The notes under the pieces were generated by a model, which did not search any database, was not told the origin of the DNA, and saw nothing but the letters and a program-made list of their open reading frames with translations. From the NCBI RefSeq assembly GCF_000281045.1, contig NW_008246109.1, forward strand, positions 201,491-265,490: 64,000 nt of DNA, given 5' to 3'. This DNA is from Saprolegnia diclina VS20. Its lineage: Eukaryota. Below, in pieces: positions 12,824 through 23,362 of this stretch. The translations under genes were made by a program, and so were the position numbers. Within the stretch, counting starts at the first letter, position 1. Each line of letters starts with the position of its first letter.

Positions 12824-14280
12824 TCACCAGCGGTCACGCGATCGGACGGCAGGCGATTGGTCCCGCGCGCGCGGCGAGACGGGTCGGCGCAGCGGCGACG
12901 CGACGCGAGGTGCGTAGTCGTGGCTGCGGGCCACCACTTCGACGCGGGTCCGGGGCGACCGCGACCGCCGACGAGGAGACGGCTCACGGTAGCGCACGGG
13001 CGACAGCTCCCGACGGCGTGGCGAGGGCTCGCGGTACCGCACCGGCGACAGCTCTCGGCGGCGAGGCGACGGCTCGCGGCGACGGGGGGACAGCTCGCGG
13101 CGACGGGGCGACGGCGTCCGGGGTCGTCGAGCCTCGTAAGCGTCTGCGCGCGGTCGTCGGTCGTCATAAGCGTCGACCCGCGACCGGCGATCATCGTACG
13201 CCTCGACACGAGGACGGCGGTCGTCAGCGTACGCGTCATAGCGCGGACGAGGCTCGTCATACGCGTCCGTCCGCGGACGGCGGTCGTCCTGCATGTCACT
13301 GCTGCGGGTGCGGCGGTCGTCGTAGGCGTCGTGGCGAGGGCGGCGGTCTTCGAGCGCATCGTGGCGAGGACGGCGGTCTTCGAGCGCATCGTGGCGAGGA
13401 CGGCGGTCTTCGAGCGCATCGTGGCGAGGACGGCGATCTTCAAGCGAATCGTGGCGCGGCCGGCGGTCGTCGACAGCCTCGTAACGCGGCCGGCGATCTT
13501 CAAGCGACCCGGCGCGCGGCCGGCGGTCGTCGTACGCATCTTTCCGAGCATACCGGTCGTCGTCGTCGCGCCGGCGCTCCACCACACTCGTCGCGTCGGG
13601 CGCCGGGCGATTGTCAACGCCGCTACACGATGCGTGAGCTACAACATCTCATAGCACAAGAGAGCCTACCGGCGGTGGCTAAAGTCCGTGCGGAGCTCGC
13701 GGCCCTCAAACACCAGGCGCTTCTCCATGGCCCGGTCCGCACTCGTATCGTCCACAAAGTCAACAAAGGCTGAGATGCCGACGTTGCCATTGCGCTGGGG
13801 CAGCACCTTGATCTGTTCGACTACATGCGATGCCATATCAGTCGTCAAGCCATGGCAAGTGGCATCTACCTCGGCCAAACTTCTCGAAAAAGTCGTGGAG
13901 CTTGTCGAGCGTCGTGTCGGGCACGATGTTGCCGACAAAGAGGCTATTGCAGCGCGTGCTGCGGGGAAGCTCGCGCCGGCGGTCGTCGCCGCGGCTGCGG
14001 TCCGGGTTGGTGTGGGCGCGCGAGAGCTTCATGTCCTTTCCAAAGAGCGTGTGCATGTGGAGCGTGCGAATGGCCTCGTCCGCGTCCGCATCGTTGGCAA
14101 ACTCGACAAACGCAAAGCCGAGCTTGATGACGACCGAGAGGACCTTACCGCACTACGCACATAGCCATGTCAACCTCGCCTTGTCGTGGCGCATCTTGCA
14201 TGTACCTTCTCGAAGAGCGCGCGGAGGTCGCCTTCCCGCGCCTCGTTGCTGTTGAGGTTCCCGACGAAGATCTTGGCCAT
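12824..14280 (-). CDS. Two-RRM, RS/RD-rich (SR-like) RNA-binding protein
   Basis: MAKIFVGNL RRM1 and NSLFVGNI...SAFVDF RRM2, with short introns. Long DDRRPR and ELSPRRR repeat tail. Confidence 0.85.
13331..13450. repeat. Coding 30-bp tandem repeat x4 (DRRPRHDALE)
   Basis: GTGGCGAGGACGGCGGTCTTCGAGCGCATC units inside the SR-like gene. Confidence 0.85.
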
Positions 14281-14825
14281 CGGCGTCTACTTTGCGAATG
14301 ACCACGCACCGTTTTTCGAACGACCGCGAGGTTTCGATAATATTAAATCGAACATCGTATCTTTTTTTTCAAGAGGCATACAAATAGCAAGCTATAAAAA
14401 CAATCGAGCTCGCAAAACGCATGTTTTATTACAATCGCCGTGGCGTTGGCACCACTCAATCCAAGTATACTATACCCAAGCCAAGTGGTTTGCGCGATTA
14501 TTGCACGGAAATAGTGTCATCGGAGAATGGCGATCTTGCAGTTGAAGCGGTTGAAGCCGACGAACGATTCGTCGGATGTCGGAATAACGTCGTCTAATGG
14601 ACAGATTATAGTGTCTTCAACGGATACCTTGTCGTCGTAGGACGTACAGATTGTTGTTGTTGTGTGGCTCGCTGGCCGGGAAGCCGATGAAGAGGGGAGC
14701 CGTGCTGCTGCGGGGTTTCTCCGCCTTGTTTATAGTTCAAACGATCGAGTCCGTTATCCACGTAGTACGAAAACCGCAGCGTCTTCTGTATACTAAGACA
14801 CTTGGATAACTTCATTGATTTTGAG

Positions 14826-15582
14826 TTAGGCCATGTACGCCGGAGCCGATGGCGCCATCGGATCGCCACAGTCTTTTGCGACGGGTACTGCAAATGGCAC
14901 CGCTTGATACCACGTGTCCTTGGCGCGGCCGTCCGAGATGCTCGTCGCCTGACCAATCGACCCGTACAAGTGCCAGCCACGTTCCTCGAGCGCGGCCAAG
15001 AGGTAGAGCAGAACGATGCATGCGCTGTCGTCGTCGCTCATATTGCTCATGCCGCTAAAGCCCCACGGACTCTCTCGAAACTTGAGCTCAGTGCAGTGCA
15101 GTCCGGCACGTAGTCGAGCGTCTTGCGATGCAGTCCTGGCGGCCGGCCAGTGGTGCGCAATGAGCTGCTCAACCACGGTTTGGAGCTCGACAGGCGCGCG
15201 CAGCAAGTGGAGGAGGTCGCTCGCGTTGGTCGAGATCGCAAACATCGTTGGCGACTCTTCAGGAAGATCAAAGCTGAAAACGAGCGTGTCGCGCGTGCGC
15301 TCCGAGTTGGAGACGTCGCTGGACGAGTGAAGGGTGTAGCCGTGGCGCTTGAGCGCTAAGAGGATCTCGAGCACAAGAAAGCGCGATAATCGCGACCCTT
15401 TGGCGCCCACGGAGTCCCGCTGAGCTTGATCTCAAAGCAATGCGGGTGCGCCTTGGCGGCCGAGATGCCGTCGGGCTACGGGCGCAGGATCGCTTGGGTG
15501 TCCAGTCTTTGGCTTCGGGCGGAAAGCCGATGAGGCGCAGTTGATCGAACCGCATGAACGCGAGGCAAGCAAACGTCGTCAT
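14826..15582 (-). pseudogene. Frameshifted inverted paralogue of the 1942-2709 gene
   Basis: MTTFACLAFMRFDQLRLIGFPPEAKDW, LKRHGYTLHSSSDVSNSERTRDTLVF and LEERGWHLYGSIGQ are spread over different reading frames. Confidence 0.88.
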
Positions 15583-16337
15583 GATGTTGACAATTGGGAA
15601 CTGGCTTTTGGAAGCAGCCGCAGATGATTTAACAAAAGGCCAGAGTTGAAGCGCAGGAGCAGCCGGACACGGGAGCCCAATGAAAGAGTGAAGAGTATCT
15701 TGGGCGGATCATGCTGAAGAACTTTGCACTGTATGATACAAGTCCTGTACACATATACTATGGCAAGACTACCGGTATGTCCAACGAGAACTGCAGTGAG
15801 CGTCTGACAGCAGGCTTGCACGCAGGCGGTATCATGGACGACATACCAGTCTCTCGCAGGACACCACTGGAGCGGTTGCGAAGAGCTGTCCCAATAGAGC
15901 TACAGTCAACCGTAAACCGACACCGGCTCCACCGCATTGCGGTGGTTCGATAGACTAAGAGAAACGACCTTGTTGCAGCGCGTCGAGAGGTTTGTTGTGA
16001 GGTGGACTGATCCACACGTGGCTAAAGTCACGTGAATTTAGACACTGGGGCTAGAGAGATACCCTGGCACGCGAGTCTGCCTCGTAGATTCTTCGTCGCG
16101 ATTGGGCGCTTATGCACTTCTGGCCGGTAAATACATGTCCATGTATGCGAGTAGGGCGATAGTTGATAGAATATGCCAAAGAGCATGTTCATTGCCGTCG
16201 TACAGCCATGATAGGAAAGTTGCGTTGGTTTAGACAGCCTAATATCCTTCAAGAACACATACACTCGCGACCCATCGCTTCTCCGAGGTTTATCCGGTGC
16301 GTGGCCCCCAAATTGCGTGGAAGACAAGAACAGCAGC

Positions 16338-16855
16338 ATGGCGTCGATGGCATCGCAGGGACGACGCGGCAACGTACGTGGCCTCTCAACGAGCCGCTTG
16401 CTCGTAGCTCATGGACTGTCTAGGCGCGCCTCCCGCCGGAGGTCAACCGCGTTCTCTACGTGCGCAACCTCCCGTTCAAGATCTCGAGCGACGAGATGTA
16501 CGATATCTTTGGCAAGTACGGTGCGATCCGCCAGATTCGCCTCGGTACGCAGCGCCGCCCATCCACACTGCATGGACGCTCACAAGGCCATGGCTAGGCG
16601 TCAATGCGGACACGCGCGGGACGGCCTTTGTCGTGTACGAAGATATTTATGACGCCAAGAACGCTGTACGGTCCCGCCCCATTCTCGTCTCGCCGATGCT
16701 CATAGCCTGTGTAGGTCGACCACTTGTCGGGCTTCAACGTCTGCGGTCGCTACCTCGTCGTGCTCTACTACCAGGCGAACCGCGTCAGCAAGAAGATGGA
16801 CGTCCAGGCCAAGCAGCAGGAGCTCGCAGAACTCAAGGCGCGTTATGGCGTGTAA
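16338..16855 (+). CDS. SF3B6: Splicing factor 3B subunit 6 (p14), 3 introns
   Basis: [75 protein letters not shown]. Confidence 0.95.
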
Positions 16856-16885
16856 TCAGGATCCGATGCATTCATCTCGTCAGTG

Positions 16886-17760
16886 TTATGTGGCGCTACC
16901 CTCGGCAGCACCCATGGCTTTGAGGAGACCTTCCGGCGTTGGGGCCACAGCAACAGCGTCGGCGTTCCACGTCGCATCATTCGTTTCGTTGGCGACCTTG
17001 GCGAGCGCTGCCGCCGTCGTCTTGCCTACCACATTGATTGCATGAGCATCGCCAGAGCAGACATTGCATACCAATCGCCGCCTTCTTGATGGTCGTCCAG
17101 TCCACATGAAGCATGGCGCGGGCCGTGTGCACTCCGCTGGGACTGAAAAAGATTACCCACGCTGGCGTCGCTGCATTAGGCGACGCAAAGTAGTCGATAC
17201 TCGAGACGGATGCAGAGACGTAGACGATGAGTTCTTCGAGGACCTGGTTGCGGGCCCGAAAGCTTGTGGGCAGCGCATCATGGTGCTTCTCGCCGCAGAG
17301 AAATAGCGTCGGCTTGGTCGACGTCGGGTCTTGTACTGACGCAATGTGTGCGGCAAGGACGTCACCCGAGCCCGAGGCCTCGCCGCTGCACGTCACGCCC
17401 AAGGCGGTAAGCGGCGCTGAAGTTTTTTGCCCCACGGAAAAGACGGGTAGCGTCTGCAGCTGTGCCAGCACGTGCGCTCGCTCGGCGTCGTCCATGGCCA
17501 TCAAGGCTTCGACGATGGCCTCGGACGAGCGCGGGCTCGTGATGATGAGGCCGTCGTACGAGGCGAGCGACCGCAGGCGCTGCCATCAAGAGCCATCATC
17601 CACTGATGGCATGGGCGTGGGGACGTACCTCGCGCAGGACGTCGCGGTTGCGCGCCTCAAAGGACAGTACGTCGGAGAAGGCGGCGGCGAGCCCCGCGGC
17701 CGCAAAGGCCGTCGTGTACGTGGCGTCGACCGACTTGAGCAAGAGCGCAATGGGGGCCAT
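16886..17760 (-). CDS. UROS: Uroporphyrinogen-III synthase (HemD/HEM4), 2 introns
   Basis: YDGLIITSPRSSEA, FSVGQKT, LFLCGE, EELIVY, FFSPSGV, AIGKTTA, PTPEGL motifs. Confidence 0.88.
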
Positions 17761-18542
17761 GAGCCTTTCAGGAGTGGATGTCATTTTGTATCTAGGTTAT
17801 TAGATGCGGCATCTGCCACGCTATTTTGGCCATCGTGCCGAAAATAAAGCAAGGAAGCTGCCACGCTGCCACGTGCTTGTTGCTGCGGCTAGCGACAGAT
17901 CTTGATCGTCTACTCGTACGTGCAGCGCAATTCGAAGCGCACGTCGTGTTACGCTCTACACTATCAAGTGTAATCAGTCGCGCGCTTGGGCGTAGCGCGC
18001 AGAGCTCTTACACTGCACGCCTGCGTCCGGCCTGACGTCGTGATCTCCCTTTGACATGCAGTTGTAGTGTTTCTGCGTGCACCGTCTTTGGCTTTGGATC
18101 ATCTTTATCTGGAGCTGGCGCATGCTCGAATGCTCGAGTGCTATTCGGGCGTAGTCATCCAGTCGCGCTAACAAAACAGGGTCGGCACCACGGACCAAAT
18201 ACAGTGCACGGGCTCGTGTCGGCTCGTGTCGGCTTGTTGAGACTGTGTTGGCGCCGCAGACGAACGCAACACTCTAGTATTCGTTCCAGTAGATCGGATG
18301 ACGTCGGCGTCGTCGTCGCATTCCACACTCGCACACCCGTCGTCACGCTGCTACGCGTGCGCTGTCGCGGCTTCTACTGGCTGCATCGTGGCTTCCGTCG
18401 ATCGTCTCGCACTGATATTCACACGGTAGTGCGGTTGGGCTCATGTTGGCTTGGTGTCCAAATGAACTCTGCTGCGGTGCCATCATCACAAGGCGAAAGG
18501 CTTGTAGTTATTGGAAGCAATCAATAGTTAATAAGTGGGCAA

Positions 18543-19688
18543 CTAGAGCGTTAATGACCGGCGGTCGTTGAGGCTCGACGTCGCGCTGCTCGCAAACGAG
18601 TCTTCGCGCACAGAGCTCGTGAACGATTCGTTCGAGAACGAGTCCTTCCAGAGCACGTTGTCGGTCGTCGGCCGCTCTGACATCATGAGGTCGTCAGTGC
18701 GACCGGTCTCCATCGCACTCATCCAGAGCGCTGTGCTGTGCGGGTCCCCCGTCGACTCGGAGATCTGATCGCTGTACGTGCCAAACTGCGCCGGCGACGG
18801 CTGCACGTGCGCATCGCCGTAGACAAAGCCGGGAGGCGACTCGTGCCGGGCCTGGTACTGCGGCACCTGCATCTGCTGCTGCTGCGCATATGCGTTGGGC
18901 GAGTAGAGAGGCGCTTGCGACTGCATGAGGCGGTTGGTGTCCATGGCCATCATCTGACGCGAGTCCAGAGCGCTGTGCTGGGGCGACGTCACGCGCTGCG
19001 GCGGCGGCTGGATGTACGTAAGCTTGAGCGGCGAGATGATGTCTTCTTCCATGTACTTGGTCTTCTTCCGGAGCACGACGCAGACGATGAAGACACCCGC
19101 AATGGCCGCGACCGCCACGATACCCACGATTACGAGGATCGTCGTCGTCTTGGATTCGTCGGCGTTGGCCGCACCGTTGTTGGCGTTCGCCGTGTCGGGC
19201 GACGATGTCGGCTTCTTGGTCGTCTTGGTCGGCGTCGGCGTCACGGTCTCCGTCACCGGCGCTTGCGTCGGCGCATCCGTCACCGGCTGCGGCGCAGCAG
19301 TTGGCGCAGGCGCGACCGTAGCCGACTGCACGGCCGTCGTCGGCGGCACCGTTGTCTTGGGTGCGACGGTCACAGGCGCCGCCGTGGTCTTCGGAACCGA
19401 TGTGGTGGAGGGGGCGATCGTCGGCGCGACAGTCGTCGGCGCAATCGTCGGGGCGTCAGTGGGTACCGGTGTCGGTGCCGGCGTCGGCGCAGGCGTCGGT
19501 GCAGGCGTCGGTGCGAGTGTCGGCGCCAGTGTCGGTCGAACAGTCGGTGCCAACGTTATCGGCACCATCGTGGGCTCCGGCGTCGGAACTTTGGTCACAT
19601 CTGACGGCGCCGGGACCGACGTCGCGTTCTCAGCGACGGCAACCGCCGCAAGAAGCGCAGCGACGACGTGCAGCAGTCGGCGGCTCAT
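18543..19688 (-). CDS. Mucin-like Pro/Thr-rich single-pass membrane protein
   Basis: Signal peptide MSRRLLHVVAALLAAVAVA, (APTP)n stalk, TM helix followed by RKK, cytoplasmic tail. INR/FPR GCTCATTTCCATTTTT upstream. Confidence 0.85.
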   Translation of the reverse strand: MSRRLLHVVAALLAAVAVAENATSVPAPSDVTKVPTPEPTMVPITLAPTVRPTLAPTLAPTPAPTPAPTPAPTPVPTDAPTIAPTTVAPTIAPSTTSVPKTTAAPVTVAPKTTVPPTTAVQSATVAPAPTAAPQPVTDAPTQAPVTETVTPTPTKTTKKPTSSPDTANANNGAANADESKTTTILVIVGIVAVAAIAGVFIVCVVLRKKTKYMEEDIISPLKLTYIQPPPQRVTSPQHSALDSRQMMAMDTNRLMQSQAPLYSPNAYAQQQQMQVPQYQARHESPPGFVYGDAHVQPSPAQFGTYSDQISESTGDPHSTALWMSAMETGRTDDLMMSERPTTDNVLWKDSFSNESFTSSVREDSFASSATSSLNDRRSLTL

Positions 19689-21122
19689 TGGACTGCAGCG
19701 GATGAAAAATGGAAATGAGCCATCGCTGCCCGCAGGTGCATATGGCGCTCGTGTGACACGGCAAACGAACCCAACGAGAGGGGGTACCCCACAAAATACC
19801 CAAACATGGAAGGTCCCATCACCTACCTCAACCTCCCGGCGACTGACGTGGAGAGGTTTGATCAGATCGCGATGCATGACGACTCGTCTGGCGACCGCGA
19901 GCATCGCATCCGCAGTGTTGTCTCCGTCGACGCCAACACAATCACCGCCTCCAATGTGGCGTGTCATCAGCTCACCTCCAGTGCGCCTTCGCCATAGAGA
20001 TGCGTCCTGGTATCGAGACGATGTGCAGTGCATCCACGACACCTACTAGGACCCATCGGGACCGACCAACCTCGCACGACAACTTGTGTATACCGTACTA
20101 AAGCGCCGAGATGCACCTCTTCGTAGCTACTTTTGAATGATCGGGTTCCATGGCGAGCTTTTTACGAGGGCCCACCCCCTTTTGGTAGGGTACCTCGATA
20201 CGGAAGGATTCGAAGAGCAATGTCGTAACGCGGCGACGCCGTTGCCTCCTGGCATCGACGAACGCAGGTGGTACCTGCTCGGTGGCGTTGCATCGAGCGA
20301 CGAGCGGCGAGCGGCGGCAGCACATGGCCGTTGATCCTGTGACGAAGATGGCGCACCGCTGTCGCAAGCGTCAACCCACTGCACCTCGAAACGAGAATTC
20401 GCCAAAGAGCTAGAGACCCCAGTGGGTTAGGAAATCGGTCTTGGCGCGTCATCCGTGTGGACTGCAATAAGTATTACCAAGTGGACGATGTCGAAGGACC
20501 GGCCCTCGCAGGACACTGCGCCTTTCTTCGGGCCAGCACCAAGTGTCGACGTTGTTTCTTCCTCGTCCCCCATGAGTCATGAGTCGCCCTGTATACTTGG
20601 CCTCGACATGGCGTCTTGTCGACGAGTTCTGGCAGCGGTGGCAACACACAACCGCACGTTCGTAGTATCATCCTCGATGCAGCGCCATGATTATGCTCCC
20701 GAACCATGGCGCCAGGCGTGAGACCGCCTTTGACCTCGTTCAAGAAGGTCTGTCAGACACGGCGCCGTGTCGGCGAGCGCTACTGCAGTGTCGCTTCGTT
20801 GCAGCCGAACGATGATAATGATGCAGTCAGTAATCAACGATGCCAGACATGCTGCAGAGTATAATTGCAGGGTGCGGCTTCATGGCATCTCGTGGCACGC
20901 TACGTCATGATGCCTACCAACGCAGCCGCGCACAAGACTAGTGCGCTTGGGCCTGTCCCTATCGTCGACCCTGTCTTTGACGCTCCTGCGCGCTTGTCGA
21001 CGGCGACATGCCTGCGTTCGATGCTGCATCCACGTCGTCCAAAGCCTCATCCTGGCTATGGCGCAAGACTGCACAAAGCATCATTCCGTTCATTTGGACA
21101 CATGGAGGCTCGCGGCGCTGGC

Positions 21123-21328
21123 TTAGTGCTGGGCCTTCTTGGCGTTCTTCTCAATGTTCTGCAAATACTACACACAGCATGCACTTAGCCATCGATCCAG
21201 GGGTCATTCCGGATACGTACTTGGAGGCCTTCGCGGCGCGAGTTCCACTCGGCGAGCGGGCCCGTGGTGACAGCGACGCCCGCGACGACGAGGCCACCGA
21301 CAGTGATCAGCTTGGTAAAGGTCTTCAT
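21123..21328 (-). CDS. Spliced 50-aa single-TM microprotein (intron 21168-21220)
   Basis: MKTFTKLITVGGLVVAGVAVTTGPLAEWNSRREGLQ|YLQNIEKNAKKAQH*. GTACGT donor, TAG acceptor, strong codon bias. Confidence 0.65.
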
Positions 21329-21700
21329 CGCACTTGCGTCTTTCTCCGTTTGCCACCACAAAAATCCGCCCAAACCGATTGGTGCTTCTAGCTGTTCTTC
21401 AAACGAGGTTTCCTTCGGCCAATCCAATCTTTTAGCCTTTTTATCAGCAAAATGTTTCGAAAAAACGTGACGTTTTACTCATGGCCACCTTGGCCAGCTT
21501 TGCGCTCGCCACTGCGTTGCTGCGTCTTCGGAGCGATGTCACCGCGTCTTACGTCTAGTTACGTCATTATCCAAGCGCTTACCCCTCGCTTGTGGTCGGG
21601 ATCGTTGATTCGGACCAGATGGGTTAAAGTACCCTAAAACGCGCTCTTTAACGCATTTCGGTGTGCTGGTCAAAACCAAGTTGCACCACTCGAAGCCACG

Positions 21701-23267
21701 ATGCTGATGCAACTGCGCCGAGGGCTCCTGCCGCGCCACCGCCACGTCTTCGCCCATGGCGCGCGGTCCATCTCGGGCCTGCGTGTGCTCTTCTTTGGCA
21801 CGGACAACGTGTCGCTGCCGACGCTCGAGCTGCTGCATGCGCACATGTCGTTGCCATCGTGATCCATGCCATGACGGCTCATGGCACGCGTAGGCAGTCG
21901 ACGAGTGATGCGCCACCGCTCGTGCGCGAGATTGAGGTACGCAGCTCAGCTTTTTCATCGAGCTTGACGCATCGGATGCAGGTCATCTGCCCACCGGACC
22001 GCAAGATGGCGCGGAAGCGCACGAAGGCGCCAGTGCCGGTCAAGCAGTTTGCGCTCGCAAACAACTTGGCCGTGCACCACATTCCCGACGGCGTGTGCGC
22101 CAAAGCGCTACGTCCATCGCTGTCTGAAGCTCTGCGTCGATAGGAAGAGCTTGAAGGACTGGACGATGCCGGTGACCAAGGACTTTGACGTTGGCGTCGT
22201 TGTCTCTTTCGGCTACTTCCTCGTACGTCACCGCAGTCTCGTCCACGCGAGTACACGACATCGATGTAGCATCCGCACATGCTCGAGCACGTCAAGCACG
22301 GCGCCATCAACATGCACCCGTCGCTCTTGCCCAAGGTCCGCTCGATCACTCCGTCTGCACTTGAAACCTTGATAGTATCGCGGCCCGGCGCCGATTCCGC
22401 GCACGCTCTGGCACGGCGACGCGGTCACGGGCGTCTCGGTCATCGAGATCGATCCCACGTCTGTCGAAATACTTGCAGCGTCATGTCGCTCATTCATACT
22501 ACTATATAGGGCCTTTGACGTTGGGCGTATTTTGGACCAGACCACCATGGACGTGCCGCCAGCGTCGACCTTCCACAGGTATAATTTGGGTTTCGAAAAA
22601 GTCCAAGTGGACAATCTGTCTTATCTAGTCTTTCCGACGTCTTGGCGCGTGCGGGCGCGCAGCGTGTCATTGAAACCCTCCGCGACTTGCCGGCCAAGAA
22701 GGCGTCGGCCGTCGTGCAAGACGAAGCGCTTGCGACCAAAGCACCGAAAATGAAGCGCGACGTACGTTATGGCTTCGAGTCCAAGTGTCTTGACGAGCGT
22801 CGTAGCATGGGCTTGTGGCGTGGACCGAAACAGCGCAGCGGCTCTACTGCGTACGTCCTCACTTGCATACCCCAAGGCTCATTTCGGATCGACTAGATGT
22901 GGCAAGCGGTCGGCGAGACCTTTGGCGTCCTCGCCTCGTTCCAAGGCGTGCCCGTCAAGCTGCTCGAGATGCGACTGCCGACGGCCGACGACCGGGCGTC
23001 CAGTACGACCATTCTACATCGTGTACTATCGCAGCGGGACGGACTAGTGATGGTGTTCTAGTTGCTGCGGTCGAGGACGCAACGGCGATGCCGACGGGGT
23101 CGTGCTACTTTGACAAAAGTCTCCAGGCGCTTGTCGTCAAGTGCGTTGACGACGTTGTCCTTGTGACCAAGCTCCAAGCTGAGAACCGCAACCCGGGCCG
23201 CGCGATCGACTTTGCCAACGGCCACCGGATGAAGCCCCGCGCGGTCCGCAGCTTTGACTTGCCCTGA
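21701..23267 (+). CDS. MTFMT: Mitochondrial methionyl-tRNA formyltransferase, multi-intron
   Basis: Arg-rich presequence, RVLFFGTDNVS, VVVSFGY, INMHPSLLPKYRGPAPI, TGVSVIEI, FDVGRILDQ. Confidence 0.9.
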
Positions 23268-23326
23268 TTTTGTGATCTCAGCTGCTGGCGCCCGCAATAC
23301 GACTCGAAACACAGTGCAGTTGTCCT

Positions 23327-23340
23327 CACACACACACACA
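23327..23340. repeat. (CA)7 microsatellite between convergent 3' ends
   Basis: CACACACACACACA. Confidence 0.7.
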
Positions 23341-23362
23341 GTTTGTTAAAAAATGGCGGCGT

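Noticed and set aside
13331..13450. Regular 30-bp repeats superficially like a CRISPR array
   Set aside because: No unique spacers; in-frame coding repeats in a eukaryotic SR-like gene.
14556..14574. 8-bp-stem hairpin CCGACGAA-cga-TTCGTCGG (similar one in a PP1 intron near 44246)
   Set aside because: Short enough to be expected by chance in 64 kb.
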